Shown one piece after another: positions 29,266 to 39,180 of a DNA stretch of 64,000 bases (its first letter is position 1; the number at the start of each line of letters is the position of its first letter). The notes beneath the pieces are model-generated. The model was given only the letters and a program-made list of their open reading frames with translations. It did no database searches and had not been told where the DNA came from. This DNA is from an uncultured Nitrospiraceae bacterium (GTDB lineage: Bacteria > Nitrospirota > Thermodesulfovibrionia > Thermodesulfovibrionales > Dissulfurispiraceae): the NCBI GenBank assembly GCA_963705105.1, contig CAVPIW010000014.1, forward strand, positions 254,262 through 318,261, read 5' to 3'. The position numbers were made by a program, and so were the translations under genes.

Positions 29266-29833
29266 GCAATGAGCACCGCTGAGATGACAACAACCGTATC
29301 GCCGGCACTCTGCGAAAACAGCCCTCTGTTTCGCCGCACCCTCTTATTGCCTGAAATTGCGCCTCTGCATGGCCTGGCCACAGTCGAGACGTACCGAACT
29401 GCTTCTTGCGCTACGCTGAATGGTCTCATTCGAGCAGAAACTGCCGCCGTATCCCCAAAACGACCTCCCTTCTCGTCGTAGCAACTCCAGACAATCCGTA
29501 TCGAATCTCCATAATCGGCGCAGCGGCATCGTTCTTCACGCGTTATTCAGCAACTGCGCTGCAGAATGACGCTTACTCGTATTCCGCAGAATCACAATGA
29601 GATGCGGCCATACTGACTTCTGTGAGAAGTTATTCCTGACAACGGAGAGGAGCACAGCCCTTCGAGTCTACTGGCGACTGAACATCTCCGTTGTGCTGAA
29701 GGGACGGAGGGGGTCGGCGGGACGGAAACGGTAGATGATCATCCCGATGCGCGGACGGTCGACTTCCACAGGGCGGTAACCATACTCCTGCACCTGTGCG
29801 GCGCCTTTCGACAGTGAGGATCAAGAGAACCGC

Positions 29834-30037
29834 GGCTCCGTTATGGACATCGGGCATACCACCGGCCCATTCGTCTCAGGCATGGTTGCAGGTTATCTGG
29901 GCTTCGGGGCGTCCTTTCTCGGAACATCAATTATCCTCTCAGTCGCGTCCGTCATCTTTCTCCTCGTCATCGGCATCAAAGACAACAAGGAATCGCCGCC
30001 GCAGGCCCGGGAACTTTCCGGAAAACAGCATTCATAA
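29834..30037 (+). pseudogene. Displaced 3' fragment of the MFS gene (right repeat copy 29834-30005; attR-like)
   Basis: Encodes MDIGHTTGPFVSG...KDNKESPPQ, matching the C-terminus of the 12931-14142 product. Confidence 0.85.
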
Positions 30038-30255
30038 TTCACGAACAGATGATAGGACTCAGAGAGCCGCGTCGCGCCTTGTCTTCCCCCGGTGAACGCG
30101 AACATGTGATATGCCTCATTTTCGGGTATAATGTGACTATAGATAAAAGAGAAGGATGTCCCGACAAGGCCACAGCAGCCGGAAGGGTCGGAGGGACGGC
30201 AGGTCTCGCCGGGCGGATTTGACGATCTCGCACCAATGAAAGGAGGAGGTCTGAA

Positions 30256-30561
30256 ATGTTGTATGTTGCGATTTTTAATGCACGGGAGCATGTGAGCAGG
30301 AAAGACATCTATCGTGAAAGGGCCGAGTGGTTGAAAAAGGGCAAGGAGAAGATGTTTTTAAAAAAATGCAAAACCATCGAACGGTATGAGGTCGTTGGCA
30401 GCTCTCCCCTCCGGGTCTTTTTTATCATCGAGACGGACGACCCGTTGGCATTGAACATACTATCCAACCATTTCGGCGATGCATGGGAGTCGGACATTTA
30501 CCCCGTTATCAAGCGCGGAATAGCTGAAGCGTTGAAGGAGGACACCGCAGGCAAGTCGTAG
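30256..30561 (+). CDS. Small hypothetical protein (DUF3303-like ferredoxin-fold candidate)
   Basis: AGGAGG SD; RY.V.G.SP.RVFFIIETDD pattern. Confidence 0.6.
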   Translation: MLYVAIFNAREHVSRKDIYRERAEWLKKGKEKMFLKKCKTIERYEVVGSSPLRVFFIIETDDPLALNILSNHFGDAWESDIYPVIKRGIAEALKEDTAGKS

Positions 30562-30779
30562 CTGATTTGCCGGGTTTGCCGCTCACTGCGGTGAGGCTGC
30601 GGGAAACACCGGGTCAGATATGCAGGTCTTCCCGCAGGAGATGATCCTTCACGGGCTTAACCGGGTACTGAAATGGAGGGGGTCAAATACCGGGCGCTCA
30701 CAGGGAGGCGGTGTCATGGTATGACCCAGCCATGGCGCTGCCTCGCCTCACGACATGATACTCACCTCAAAGACATCGG

Positions 30780-33767
30780 TCAGCGGCCCGGAAACGTCAC
30801 ATGAAAGGCGGTACCCTGTCCCCGCTCCACGCTGAGGGCGCCTTTTAACTGCGTGACCAGAACGCGCACCAGTTGCAGACCAAGGGTGGACGTGTGATCC
30901 AAATCCAGGCTGTCGGGCAGCCCCACTCCGTCGTCAGCCACGATGAGGGACAGGCGATCGTCGGCGTCCCGATGCAATTCCACAGTGACACTGCCTGAGC
31001 GTCCTTCGGGAAAGGCGTGCTCGATCGCGTTGGAAACCAGTTCATTGACGATCAATCCGCAGGGAACGGCCTGGTCAAGGCCGAGTTCGACGGCGGCGGC
31101 ACGGCAATCCAGCCTTACCCGGCGCGGGTCCGCGCCGAAGGCGTGGACCAGATGGGCGCTTAAATCCTCGATGTAAGCGGCGAAATTGATCCGGGCCAGG
31201 CTCTCTGACCGATAGAGCATTTCGTGGAGCATCGCCATCGAGCGCACGCGGTTCTGAGTGTCCTGCAGGGCGGTGAGCGCAGGCAGGTTTTTTTCCTGGT
31301 CCGCCTGCAGGTTAAGCAGGCTGCTGACGATCTGCAGGTTGTTCTTTACGCGGTGATGGATTTCCTTGAGCAAGACGGTTTTCTCTTCGAGCGACGCGCG
31401 CAGGGCGTCCTCTGCCGTCCTGCGCCCGGTGATGTCGATCCAACACCCTATCATCTCCGTCGTTCTGCCCGAGGCGTCACGTAACAGCCGAAGCTCATCG
31501 CGCATCCACCGGTAGGTTCCGTCCTGATGTAGAAACCTGTATTCATGGACGTGGACATTGCCCGTAAACAGGGTTTCCACACCACTGAGTACCTTCTCCC
31601 TGTCATCGGGGTGGATATGATTCAGCCAGAAGGCGGGGTCCTCAAGAAATGCGCTTGCAGGATACCCCAACAGCGATTGTACGTTCCCGGAAACGAAGGT
31701 TGCAGCGTAATCCCCGGAAGGGCGGCATGTGTAAATCACCGCCGGGGTGCCGGTGAGCAGGAAATTGAGCCGCTGCTCCCGTTCCTGCAACTTCACCTCC
31801 GCCCGCTTGCGCTCGGTGATGTCGGTGTGGGTACCGATCAGTCGGACTGCCCTGCCGGCGCGGTCCCGGGCCACGGCCTTTCCACGGCCCAAGATCCACC
31901 GCCACTCGCCGTTCCTGGCCTCCATGCGGAACTCGACTTCGAAATCATCACGACGATTCTCGATGCAGTCCACGTTGGCCTCGAGGGTCGCGCCCTTGTC
32001 TTCGGGGTGGATGAGGTCCTTCCAGGAATTCACGTGCCCCGGGACCTCACCGGGTGTGTAGCCGAGCATCGCGGCGTAGCCCGGACTGTAATAAACCTCG
32101 TCGGTAGTCACATTCCAATCCCAGAGGCCGTCGCGGCTCGCTTCCATCGCCAACCGGAAGCGCTCCTCGCTCTCGCGCAGCGCCTCTTCCGCCTGCTTAC
32201 GCACGGTGATGTCGCGGTCCATGCCGCGGTAACCGCGGAACTCGCCTTTGGGGCCGAAGAGGGGGACGCCGCTGCTTTCCAAAAATATCGGTCTGCCGTT
32301 TTTGTGCAAGTTGGTGTTCTCCAGGGCCGTGAACGGCAGCCGTTTGGCCGCTATTTCCCGGAATTGACTCTCCAATCGCCGGGCCTCGGGCACCGGCATG
32401 AGATCGAAGGGGGTTCGCCCGATTACCTCCTCAGGCGCATACCCGAGAAGGTCCAGCACCTTCTCGCTCGCATACACATAGCGAGCCTCCGCATCAATTT
32501 CCCAAATCCAGTCGGACGTCGTCTCGACCAGGCTGCGGTAACGCTCTTCACTCTCCCTCAGCTCGGCTTCCGCCCGCTTGCGTTCGGTGATATCCTGCAC
32601 CATGCCCACGGACCGGACGATGGAGCCCCCGGCGTCCTTGACATGCTCGCATTTCTCAAGGACGAAACGGATCTCACCGTTGTCGCCGCGGACAAGGCGG
32701 TGCTCTATCTCATAGGTGTCACGGCCTTCACGCACCGATTCCGAGTAGGCGGAGTCTACAGCATCGCGGTCGTCCGGATGCACCGCTTCGAGGAAAGATT
32801 CGACCGAAGGATTGAACACCCCCGGAAGCACCCCGAATATCCGGTATACTTCCTGAGACCAGGTCAGCCTGTTGTCGACGAGGTCCAGTTCCCAGCTCCC
32901 GATATGTCCGATCTCCTGCGACTTGCTCAGCAGGGCCTCGCCGTTCCTCAGTTCGGACACATACTGCTTCAGGTCTTGCCGCATCTTGTCGATGGACGCT
33001 GCGAGGAGATCCAGCTCACGGGTACCCGCCTGCCCCAGGGAAACGTCGAAATCGCCGGCGGCCAGGCGGCCCGTTGCCTCGGTCAATCTGGCAATGGGTA
33101 CCGTAAAGGAGCGCGCCAGCACGAAAGAGAACAGAAACGCTCCGGAGATGACAGCCAGGCCGATTCCGGCGGAGGTCATGACGGTCCTGCGGATCATGGC
33201 GTTGCGTTCCGACAACTGCACGCTGGCGCCCATCATGTATGTTCGTCCCAGGGCATCCTTTCGGGGAATCAGCACCATTCTCCCCTCCCCCCACTCATTG
33301 TGAAAGGTGGAGAAAGTGGGTGTTAATCCCGCGCGCATCGCCGGCGCAAAAGCGGTAGGGTCCCGGTGATTCTCGAAAAAAGCGGCGCATGGCGACGCCG
33401 GATCCCTGAGATCGGAGTGTGTGGCGGATGTGAAAACAAACCGGTTGTCGACGAGAAGGACGCTCCAGAGATACTGCAGATTCAGACGCCGGCAGAGATC
33501 GTCGTTTCTTGCGACGATCCGACGGTACTGCTCTTCGGAGACGGATGTCTCATCGACAAGGCTATCATGATAGTCGGGACCAAGCAGCTCCCGGGTCAAC
33601 TCGGCCGCCGTCAGCAGTCTGGAATCCTCAAGGCTGACAAGATCGTTCGTGCGGTAATGCACGAGGAGAATGGTGAAAATGGCGGAGGTGGTCAGCGCAA
33701 CCATTGAAATGATGAACATCAACGAGAACATGACGCTGCGTTTGTGCTTCAACTTGTCTTCATTCAC
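30780..33767 (-). CDS. Membrane sensor histidine kinase: HAMP + four PAS domains + HisKA_2/HWE-type kinase
   Basis: Two TM segments, HAMP, repeated HP.D...DIT.RK PAS/PAC motifs, [31 protein letters not shown]. Confidence 0.93.
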   Translation of the reverse strand: MNEDKLKHKRSVMFSLMFIISMVALTTSAIFTILLVHYRTNDLVSLEDSRLLTAAELTRELLGPDYHDSLVDETSVSEEQYRRIVARNDDLCRRLNLQYLWSVLLVDNRFVFTSATHSDLRDPASPCAAFFENHRDPTAFAPAMRAGLTPTFSTFHNEWGEGRMVLIPRKDALGRTYMMGASVQLSERNAMIRRTVMTSAGIGLAVISGAFLFSFVLARSFTVPIARLTEATGRLAAGDFDVSLGQAGTRELDLLAASIDKMRQDLKQYVSELRNGEALLSKSQEIGHIGSWELDLVDNRLTWSQEVYRIFGVLPGVFNPSVESFLEAVHPDDRDAVDSAYSESVREGRDTYEIEHRLVRGDNGEIRFVLEKCEHVKDAGGSIVRSVGMVQDITERKRAEAELRESEERYRSLVETTSDWIWEIDAEARYVYASEKVLDLLGYAPEEVIGRTPFDLMPVPEARRLESQFREIAAKRLPFTALENTNLHKNGRPIFLESSGVPLFGPKGEFRGYRGMDRDITVRKQAEEALRESEERFRLAMEASRDGLWDWNVTTDEVYYSPGYAAMLGYTPGEVPGHVNSWKDLIHPEDKGATLEANVDCIENRRDDFEVEFRMEARNGEWRWILGRGKAVARDRAGRAVRLIGTHTDITERKRAEVKLQEREQRLNFLLTGTPAVIYTCRPSGDYAATFVSGNVQSLLGYPASAFLEDPAFWLNHIHPDDREKVLSGVETLFTGNVHVHEYRFLHQDGTYRWMRDELRLLRDASGRTTEMIGCWIDITGRRTAEDALRASLEEKTVLLKEIHHRVKNNLQIVSSLLNLQADQEKNLPALTALQDTQNRVRSMAMLHEMLYRSESLARINFAAYIEDLSAHLVHAFGADPRRVRLDCRAAAVELGLDQAVPCGLIVNELVSNAIEHAFPEGRSGSVTVELHRDADDRLSLIVADDGVGLPDSLDLDHTSTLGLQLVRVLVTQLKGALSVERGQGTAFHVTFPGR

Positions 33768-33804
33768 GGTTTATCCTCAAATATGTCATTCAGAAGTCCC
33801 TGCC

Positions 33805-34203
33805 TTACCGCACGGGGACTCCCGTCATAGTGTGGACGGACCAGCGGCCGCTCTCGCGGTTGCGGATGAGCATGACCGACGCCTTTTCGGACGTCACGAT
33901 CTGCCCTTTGCGGTAGTTCCAGGGCCCGCCCGTATCCTCCTGTATCTGGAGCCGCAGGGTGACGATCTCAGCGCGGCAGCTCTCCGATCCCATATACCTC
34001 TTGCTTCCCTCCTCAAGGGGCGTGATGCTCCCGATATCGAGGGTGATGACGCGGTAGCCCTTTTCGGTGAAATGGCGCGTGATTACGTCCCTGATGACCG
34101 GCTCTTCCGGCGTTTCTGCGCAGCCCGTGAAGAGAAAGGCAAGGCTGAGGAAAACCGTCAGTGCGGCAAGCATCCTCATCGACGGCTCTTTCTCTGTGAT
34201 CAT
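33805..34203 (-). CDS. Hypothetical lipoprotein
   Basis: Signal peptide with lipobox FLFTGC; start at 34203 (ATGA overlap with the EVE gene) or 34179. Confidence 0.65.
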   Translation of the reverse strand: MITEKEPSMRMLAALTVFLSLAFLFTGCAETPEEPVIRDVITRHFTEKGYRVITLDIGSITPLEEGSKRYMGSESCRAEIVTLRLQIQEDTGGPWNYRKGQIVTSEKASVMLIRNRESGRWSVHTMTGVPVR

Positions 34204-34661
34204 CCGCCGAGCGCACAGATTGCGTCGAATTCCTCCGGGGTGACGGGCGTGATCGAGAGGCGGTTTCTCTGCTGGAGGATCTTCATGTTTTTCAACTCGG
34301 GAATATCCCTCATTTCCCGGAGCGTGACGGTCCGCCTGAACGCCCTCTTCCAGGTGACATCGACCATGAACCACCGGGGGGTGTCAGGACCCGATTTCGG
34401 ATCGAAATACTCCGATGACGGGTCCCAGGCGGTATGATCGTGATAGGCCTCACGGGTCACCTCTGCGATTCCGACGACGCAGGGCTCCTCGCAGTTCGAG
34501 TGGTAGAAAAGGACAAGGTCACCCGCCCTCATATCGTCCCGCATGAAGTTGCGGGCCTGGTAGTTTCTCACGCCGTCCCAGGGGGCCGTCGACCGGGGAG
34601 ATGCCTTCAGGTCGTCGAAAGAAAAGACAGACGGTTCCGATTTCATGAGCCAGAAGCGCAT
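34200..34661 (-). CDS. EVE domain protein
   Basis: WLMKSEP..FS, WDGVRNYQARN, FYHS, YFDPKS...PRW and RLSI.PV motifs. Confidence 0.95.
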   Translation of the reverse strand: MRFWLMKSEPSVFSFDDLKASPRSTAPWDGVRNYQARNFMRDDMRAGDLVLFYHSNCEEPCVVGIAEVTREAYHDHTAWDPSSEYFDPKSGPDTPRWFMVDVTWKRAFRRTVTLREMRDIPELKNMKILQQRNRLSITPVTPEEFDAICALGG

Positions 34662-34672
34662 GCAACCGCCTC

Positions 34673-35224
34673 TCAGCCTGTGACGTACCGTTTGTTGACC
34701 GATTCGAGCATTGCGAAGAGAAGGGGAATGATGGCAGCCCAGACGACCGTGAGAACCAGAAGAGACGTGACGACGGGCTCTCCGAGAGAGACGGCTCCGA
34801 GAAACATGGCGCCTATATGGGCGGCGGGACCTCCGAAGGCGCCCAGCAGGGACTGAAACAATGGGCGGTTCCGGAACCAGGAGAGTGCCGTATCCATGAC
34901 GAGTGCGAAATTGATCCAGAGAAAAATGTTCCAGGGCTGCCCCCAGGGCGGGGGGAAAAAGAAGACCACAGGGGTGAATATGCCCGTCGCGATAAAGAAG
35001 GAATCGAAGAGAAACCCGACGGCGCCGCAGGCGGTGAAGAAACAGACATCACAGACCGGCCGCCGGGATGTCTTCATGCGGACAAGGATGAGGATCGCGA
35101 CAAAGGCCGGTCCGAGCAAAACGAGGCCGTGGGCGGCGCCGAGAATGCTTAATAACCACGCCGCCTGGAAGAGGGCGATCTGGACGATCGTCTTCAGGCT
35201 GAAGAAATTCTGTTCATCGTTCAT
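34673..35224 (-). CDS. DUF2878-like membrane protein
   Basis: FQ.AW, G...D, P.W...LW..F, LSW and GA.GGP pattern. Confidence 0.7.
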   Translation of the reverse strand: MNDEQNFFSLKTIVQIALFQAAWLLSILGAAHGLVLLGPAFVAILILVRMKTSRRPVCDVCFFTACGAVGFLFDSFFIATGIFTPVVFFFPPPWGQPWNIFLWINFALVMDTALSWFRNRPLFQSLLGAFGGPAAHIGAMFLGAVSLGEPVVTSLLVLTVVWAAIIPLLFAMLESVNKRYVTG

Positions 35225-35270
35225 GATCGTGGTCTGTTCCCCCTGCCTCTCATGCAACTACACGTTAACA

Positions 35271-35434
35271 TTGACGGCCTCGCAAGAAGTCCTGTAAAGG
35301 GCGTATCCGTCATTCCCGTGCAGACGGGAATCCAGTCCTTTCAGACAGTTATTTGTACTCCGGATACCCGCTCCCCGCTTACTATCCGCGGGGACAAGCT
35401 TCGCGGGCATGACGACTTATCACGAGATCGTCAA
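35271..35434. mobile_element. MITE/REP-like palindromic element
   Basis: Imperfect TIRs TTGACGGCCTCGCAAGAAGTC / GACTTATCACGAGATCGTCAA enclosing GTCATTCCCG-TGCAGA-CGGGAATCC...GGATACCCGC...GCGGGCATGAC. Confidence 0.7.
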
Positions 35435-35765
35435 CATTGGTGTCCAAAATAACGTGACACGAGGATTGGGCATGCCTTCTTCGCAAAATAAACTACCTCT
35501 CCTCATGTGTATCCCTTTGTTATGAAAACTTTTGCCTGCTCTGGTACACTGCGCGGCTCCCGCTTAGGCTTGCGCCTTCGACTCCCGCCGCCATTCACGT
35601 TACCCGTGAATTTTGCTTAAGAAACCACACCCCAATCCTCGCTTTCAAGGTCTGTCTGTAAGATATTTTGGACAGGGGGGATACGTTAAACATTATCATA
35701 AATAGCACGAAATAAGGAATAATAGAGAACATCATAAACGTCCCTTTTCTGAAAGGAGAGGTGCC

Positions 35766-36323
35766 ATGTCGATTGTCCTGATCGCCCTGCTGGTCGTCAT
35801 CGCCGTCGTCGCCCTGTGGTTCATCGTCGCCTATAACCGGTTCGTCAAGGCCAGAAACATGATGCGCGAGGCCTGGAGCGGCATCGAGGTCCAGTTGAAG
35901 CGCCGCTACGATCTCATCCCAAACCTCATCGAGACTGTCAAGGGGTATATGGGGCATGAACGGGCGCTCATCGAAAAGGTAACGGACCTTCGTTCACGGG
36001 CCATGACGGCGGAGACCGTCAGGGAGAAAGGACAGGCGGAGAATGTCCTGACCCAGTCTCTGAGATCCCTCTTTGCCGTCGCCGAGGCTTATCCCGACCT
36101 GAAAGCGAACCAAAACTTTCTTGAACTCCAGCGCGCCCTGTCGGACATCGAAGAGCAGGTCCAGCTTGCCAGGAGGTATTACAACGGGACAGTGCGGGAC
36201 TTCAATATCCTTGTCGAATCGTTCCCGACCAATGTCCTTGCCGGCATGTTCGGCTTTAAGGCCGGGGACTTCTTCGAGATCTCCGATGAGGCGGAGCGCG
36301 GCGTACCGGAGGTGAAGTTCTGA
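35766..36323 (+). CDS. lemA: LemA family protein
   Basis: YN......AWS.IEVQLKRRYDLIPNL, EAYPDLKANQNF and ARRYYN motifs. Confidence 0.95.
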   Translation: MSIVLIALLVVIAVVALWFIVAYNRFVKARNMMREAWSGIEVQLKRRYDLIPNLIETVKGYMGHERALIEKVTDLRSRAMTAETVREKGQAENVLTQSLRSLFAVAEAYPDLKANQNFLELQRALSDIEEQVQLARRYYNGTVRDFNILVESFPTNVLAGMFGFKAGDFFEISDEAERGVPEVKF

Positions 36324-36325
36324 AA

Positions 36326-38254
36326 GTGCGGGCCTTCGCTGCCTTCATCGTCGTCATTGCATTCTTCGTCATAACCCTCGCCGGCCTGCCGTCACAGTGC
36401 CCCGCAGAGGAGAGGATCCTCCGTTTCGACAGCCACGTCACCGTGCACGAAGACACGTCATTGACCGTTGAGGAGACGATCCGGGTCAGGGCTGAGCAGC
36501 AGGAGATCCGGCAGGGCATCTATCGCGATTTCCCGACAACGTACATGGGCAAGCTCGGAGGAAAGCACATCGTCGGCTTTCAGGTGCTCAAGGTGCTGCG
36601 CGACGGCCGGACGGAGGGCTGGCATACCGAAGCACAGGGAAACGGCGTGCGCGTCTACATGGGCAGAAAGGGCGTTTTCCTGGACCCCGGTGAATACACA
36701 TATGTCCTCGTGTACAAGACGGATCGTCAGTTGGGTTTCTTCGGGGACCATGACGAACTTTACTGGAACGTCACCGGAAACGGCTGGGCCTTCCCGATCG
36801 ACCTTGCCACCGCCCGGGTCACTCTCCCGCGGGATGCGTCGTCGCAGGTCCGCTTCACCAATCTCTACACCGGACCTCAGGGATCGAAGGAAAAAAACGC
36901 GGTCGTCTCCCGTGATTTCAACGGCGACATCCTCTTTTCGACGACGGCGACTCTGAATCCATACGAGGGGCTGACGATCGTCGCGGGCTGGCCGAAGGGG
37001 ATTGTCCAGGAGCCGTCATCGGGAGACAGGCTCACTCATCTCGTTCGCGACAACAGGGGAATCATAGTCGGGGCCGCGGGGATTCTGCTTGTCATGGTCT
37101 ATTTCGTCATAACCTGGATCAGGGTCGGCAGGGACCCCAAGCCGGGCACGATCGTCCCGCTCTTCAGTCCGCCCGACGTCCTGTCGCCCGCGGCAGTGCG
37201 GTTTATATCGAAAATGGGTTTCGACGACAAGACATTCGCAGCGGCGTTGATCGACATGGCTGTGAAGGGGGCCCTCACCATTCGTGATGAAGACGATTCC
37301 TATGCGGTCACGAGGACGAAAGCCGGCGACGGCAGGCTGACAGCGGAAGAAAAGAAAATATACGACAGGCTTTTCGCATCCTCCGACACGCTTCTGCTCG
37401 AAAAAACAAACCACAAAATTGTCAGGGCCGCCATTGATGCCGGGAATGACGCTCTCGATCTCGCCTATGGGAAGGTCTACTTCAATAAAAACACGCGCTA
37501 TTTTGTGCCCGGAGTGATCCTGTCAATCCTTGCCGCAGCCGCTATGATCATAGGGTCGGGCGCCGGAGAGGGCATATTCATCGGCATCTGGCTGACCATC
37601 TGGAGCGTCGGGGTGGGCGTCCTCGTCACCCAAATGGTCTCTCTCTGGAAAAGGGTCATTTTCGGCAGGGGAATGAGAATCGCCGCCCTCGGGGGGGCGC
37701 TCTTCTTCACTCTTTTCTCCATCCCCTTTGTCGGGGGAGAACTCGCCGGGATCTATATTCTCGGCGCGACCACATCGCCCTGGCTCGTCGCCATGCTGTT
37801 CGCCTTCTTCGCCGCAAATATCACCTTTTTCTGGCTCCTCCGGGCGCTCACCCGTCTCGGCCGGGCCCTCCTCGACAAGATCGAGGGGTTCCGCATGTTC
37901 CTTGCCGTGACGGAAAAAGACCGGCTCAATCTCCTGAATCCGCCCGATCGGACGCCGGAGCTTTTCGAACGGTATCTGCCCTATGCCCTCGCCCTCGACG
38001 TCGAGCAGGAGTGGGCGGAACAGTTTACCGACGTCCTCGCGAAAGCCGGGGAAGCCGGAACCACCTACTCGCCGCGCTGGTATTCCGGGTCGTCGTGGAG
38101 CTCATCCAATTTGGGCGGCTTTGCCGGCGCCATGGGCGGTGCCTTTTCAGCCGCCATTTCGTCGTCGTCAACGGCGCCCGGTTCGTCATCGGGAGGCGGA
38201 GGAGGAGGCTCCTCCGGAGGAGGCGGCGGAGGCGGGGGAGGAGGCGGCTGGTGA
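36326..38254 (+). CDS. DUF2207 family membrane protein
   Basis: E.I..F, GIYRD.P, DELYWNVTG..W.FPI and FERYLPYALAL motifs; Gly/Ser tail ending GGGGW; usual LemA neighbour. Confidence 0.92.
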   Translation: MRAFAAFIVVIAFFVITLAGLPSQCPAEERILRFDSHVTVHEDTSLTVEETIRVRAEQQEIRQGIYRDFPTTYMGKLGGKHIVGFQVLKVLRDGRTEGWHTEAQGNGVRVYMGRKGVFLDPGEYTYVLVYKTDRQLGFFGDHDELYWNVTGNGWAFPIDLATARVTLPRDASSQVRFTNLYTGPQGSKEKNAVVSRDFNGDILFSTTATLNPYEGLTIVAGWPKGIVQEPSSGDRLTHLVRDNRGIIVGAAGILLVMVYFVITWIRVGRDPKPGTIVPLFSPPDVLSPAAVRFISKMGFDDKTFAAALIDMAVKGALTIRDEDDSYAVTRTKAGDGRLTAEEKKIYDRLFASSDTLLLEKTNHKIVRAAIDAGNDALDLAYGKVYFNKNTRYFVPGVILSILAAAAMIIGSGAGEGIFIGIWLTIWSVGVGVLVTQMVSLWKRVIFGRGMRIAALGGALFFTLFSIPFVGGELAGIYILGATTSPWLVAMLFAFFAANITFFWLLRALTRLGRALLDKIEGFRMFLAVTEKDRLNLLNPPDRTPELFERYLPYALALDVEQEWAEQFTDVLAKAGEAGTTYSPRWYSGSSWSSSNLGGFAGAMGGAFSAAISSSSTAPGSSSGGGGGGSSGGGGGGGGGGGW

Positions 38255-38255
38255 C

Positions 38256-38933
38256 ATGAACTTCTGGCCGAACCGTCGCGAAAGAGACGACAAGGAACAG
38301 AGGTCCTTCAGGATCGACCTCCACGTGCACACCCTGTACAGCGGCGATTCCGACACGGACCCCGAGGAAGCGGTCCAGGTGGCGATCGAGGCGGGCCTGC
38401 AGGGCATCGCCTTCACGGAGCATTATTCCTATGAGGCTTCGGACTATGTGGGATGGCTGAGGGAGAGGTATGACGACGACATCCTGATCTTTAGGGGAGT
38501 CGAGTTCTCCGCCGCCGAGGGGCACTGCCTCGTCTTCGGCGTCAATACGGACATGTATTTCCACGGCGAAACGCCGGCGGAGGAGGTTGTCAGGATTGTG
38601 ACGCGCTGCGGCGGCGTCGTGATCCCCACCCATCCCTACCGGGGGATGAACAGCATGGGCGATGTCATTCGCGACCTTAGGGGATTGGCTGCCATCGAGG
38701 GATGCAACGGGTGCAACCTGAAGGCCTACAATGAAATGGCGATCGACGCCGCGCGGGTCATGAACCTGCCTTTCACGGGCGGCTCCGACGCCCACGGGCC
38801 GCGGGAGGTGGGCGCCTGCTACACCGAATTCCGCGATGAGGTCACGTACGATAATTTCGTCGATCTCCTGCGGGCCGGCAATTTCCGGGGCGTCGACAGG
38901 CGCAAGGTGAGCAGGGGGTGGGTCCCCTGGTGA
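38256..38933 (+). CDS. PHP-domain metal-dependent phosphoesterase
   Basis: DLHVHT..S.D, TEH, GVE, GH, HPYR and GGSDAH motifs. Confidence 0.9.
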   Translation: MNFWPNRRERDDKEQRSFRIDLHVHTLYSGDSDTDPEEAVQVAIEAGLQGIAFTEHYSYEASDYVGWLRERYDDDILIFRGVEFSAAEGHCLVFGVNTDMYFHGETPAEEVVRIVTRCGGVVIPTHPYRGMNSMGDVIRDLRGLAAIEGCNGCNLKAYNEMAIDAARVMNLPFTGGSDAHGPREVGACYTEFRDEVTYDNFVDLLRAGNFRGVDRRKVSRGWVPW

Positions 38934-38961
38934 TCGCATAAAGAAACCCCGGCGCTTTACA

Positions 38962-39180
38962 TTAACCTTATCGTTGCAATGGGACCTCCGGAAAGGCGGG
39001 GCGAAGATGCCGAAAATCCTTGGTGCTGCGAAACCTCTGCCTTCCCATAGGGATCATTTAGGCCGACCGTTGATGACACAGAGGGTAGAATCTCCGAGGT
39101 CCAATTTCAAATGATTATGCTCGCTATCAGCAAGGCGTTGAGGCACTTTGTCCCGCCTTTTCATGCAAAGGGCAGGTTAA
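38962..39180 (+). repeat. ~220-bp palindromic dispersed repeat, copy 3 (diverged; overlaps the 5' end of the next ORF)
   Basis: TTAACCTTATCGTTGCA..GAAAGGCGGGG..GATGACACAGAG..CAGCAAGGCGTTGAGGC..CCCGCCTTTTCATGCAAAGGGCAGGTTAA. Confidence 0.8.

Larger units (their letters stand above)
27000..29632 (+). mobile_element. Tyrosine recombinase + IS91-like (Y2/HUH) transposase element; ends approximate
   Basis: Characteristic two-gene pair with non-coding flanks; no TIR or TSD detected, so the boundaries are uncertain. Confidence 0.6.
14126..29833. mobile_element. ~15.7-kb defence genomic island
   Basis: Bounded by the duplicated MFS 3' end; cargo of TA, RM-like, RT, Schlafen and IS genes; visibly more AT-rich in part. 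Confidence 0.7.

Noticed and set aside
30597..30744. ncRNA between convergent genes
   Set aside because: Two imperfect hairpins are adequately explained as terminator-like structures; no recognisable family.
35545..35612. Riboswitch on the minus strand (AGGC-GCAA-GCCT hairpin inside a GC-rich stem)
   Set aside because: I cannot match it to c-di-GMP or any other riboswitch consensus; it is more likely a repeat remnant. An Rfam search would decide.
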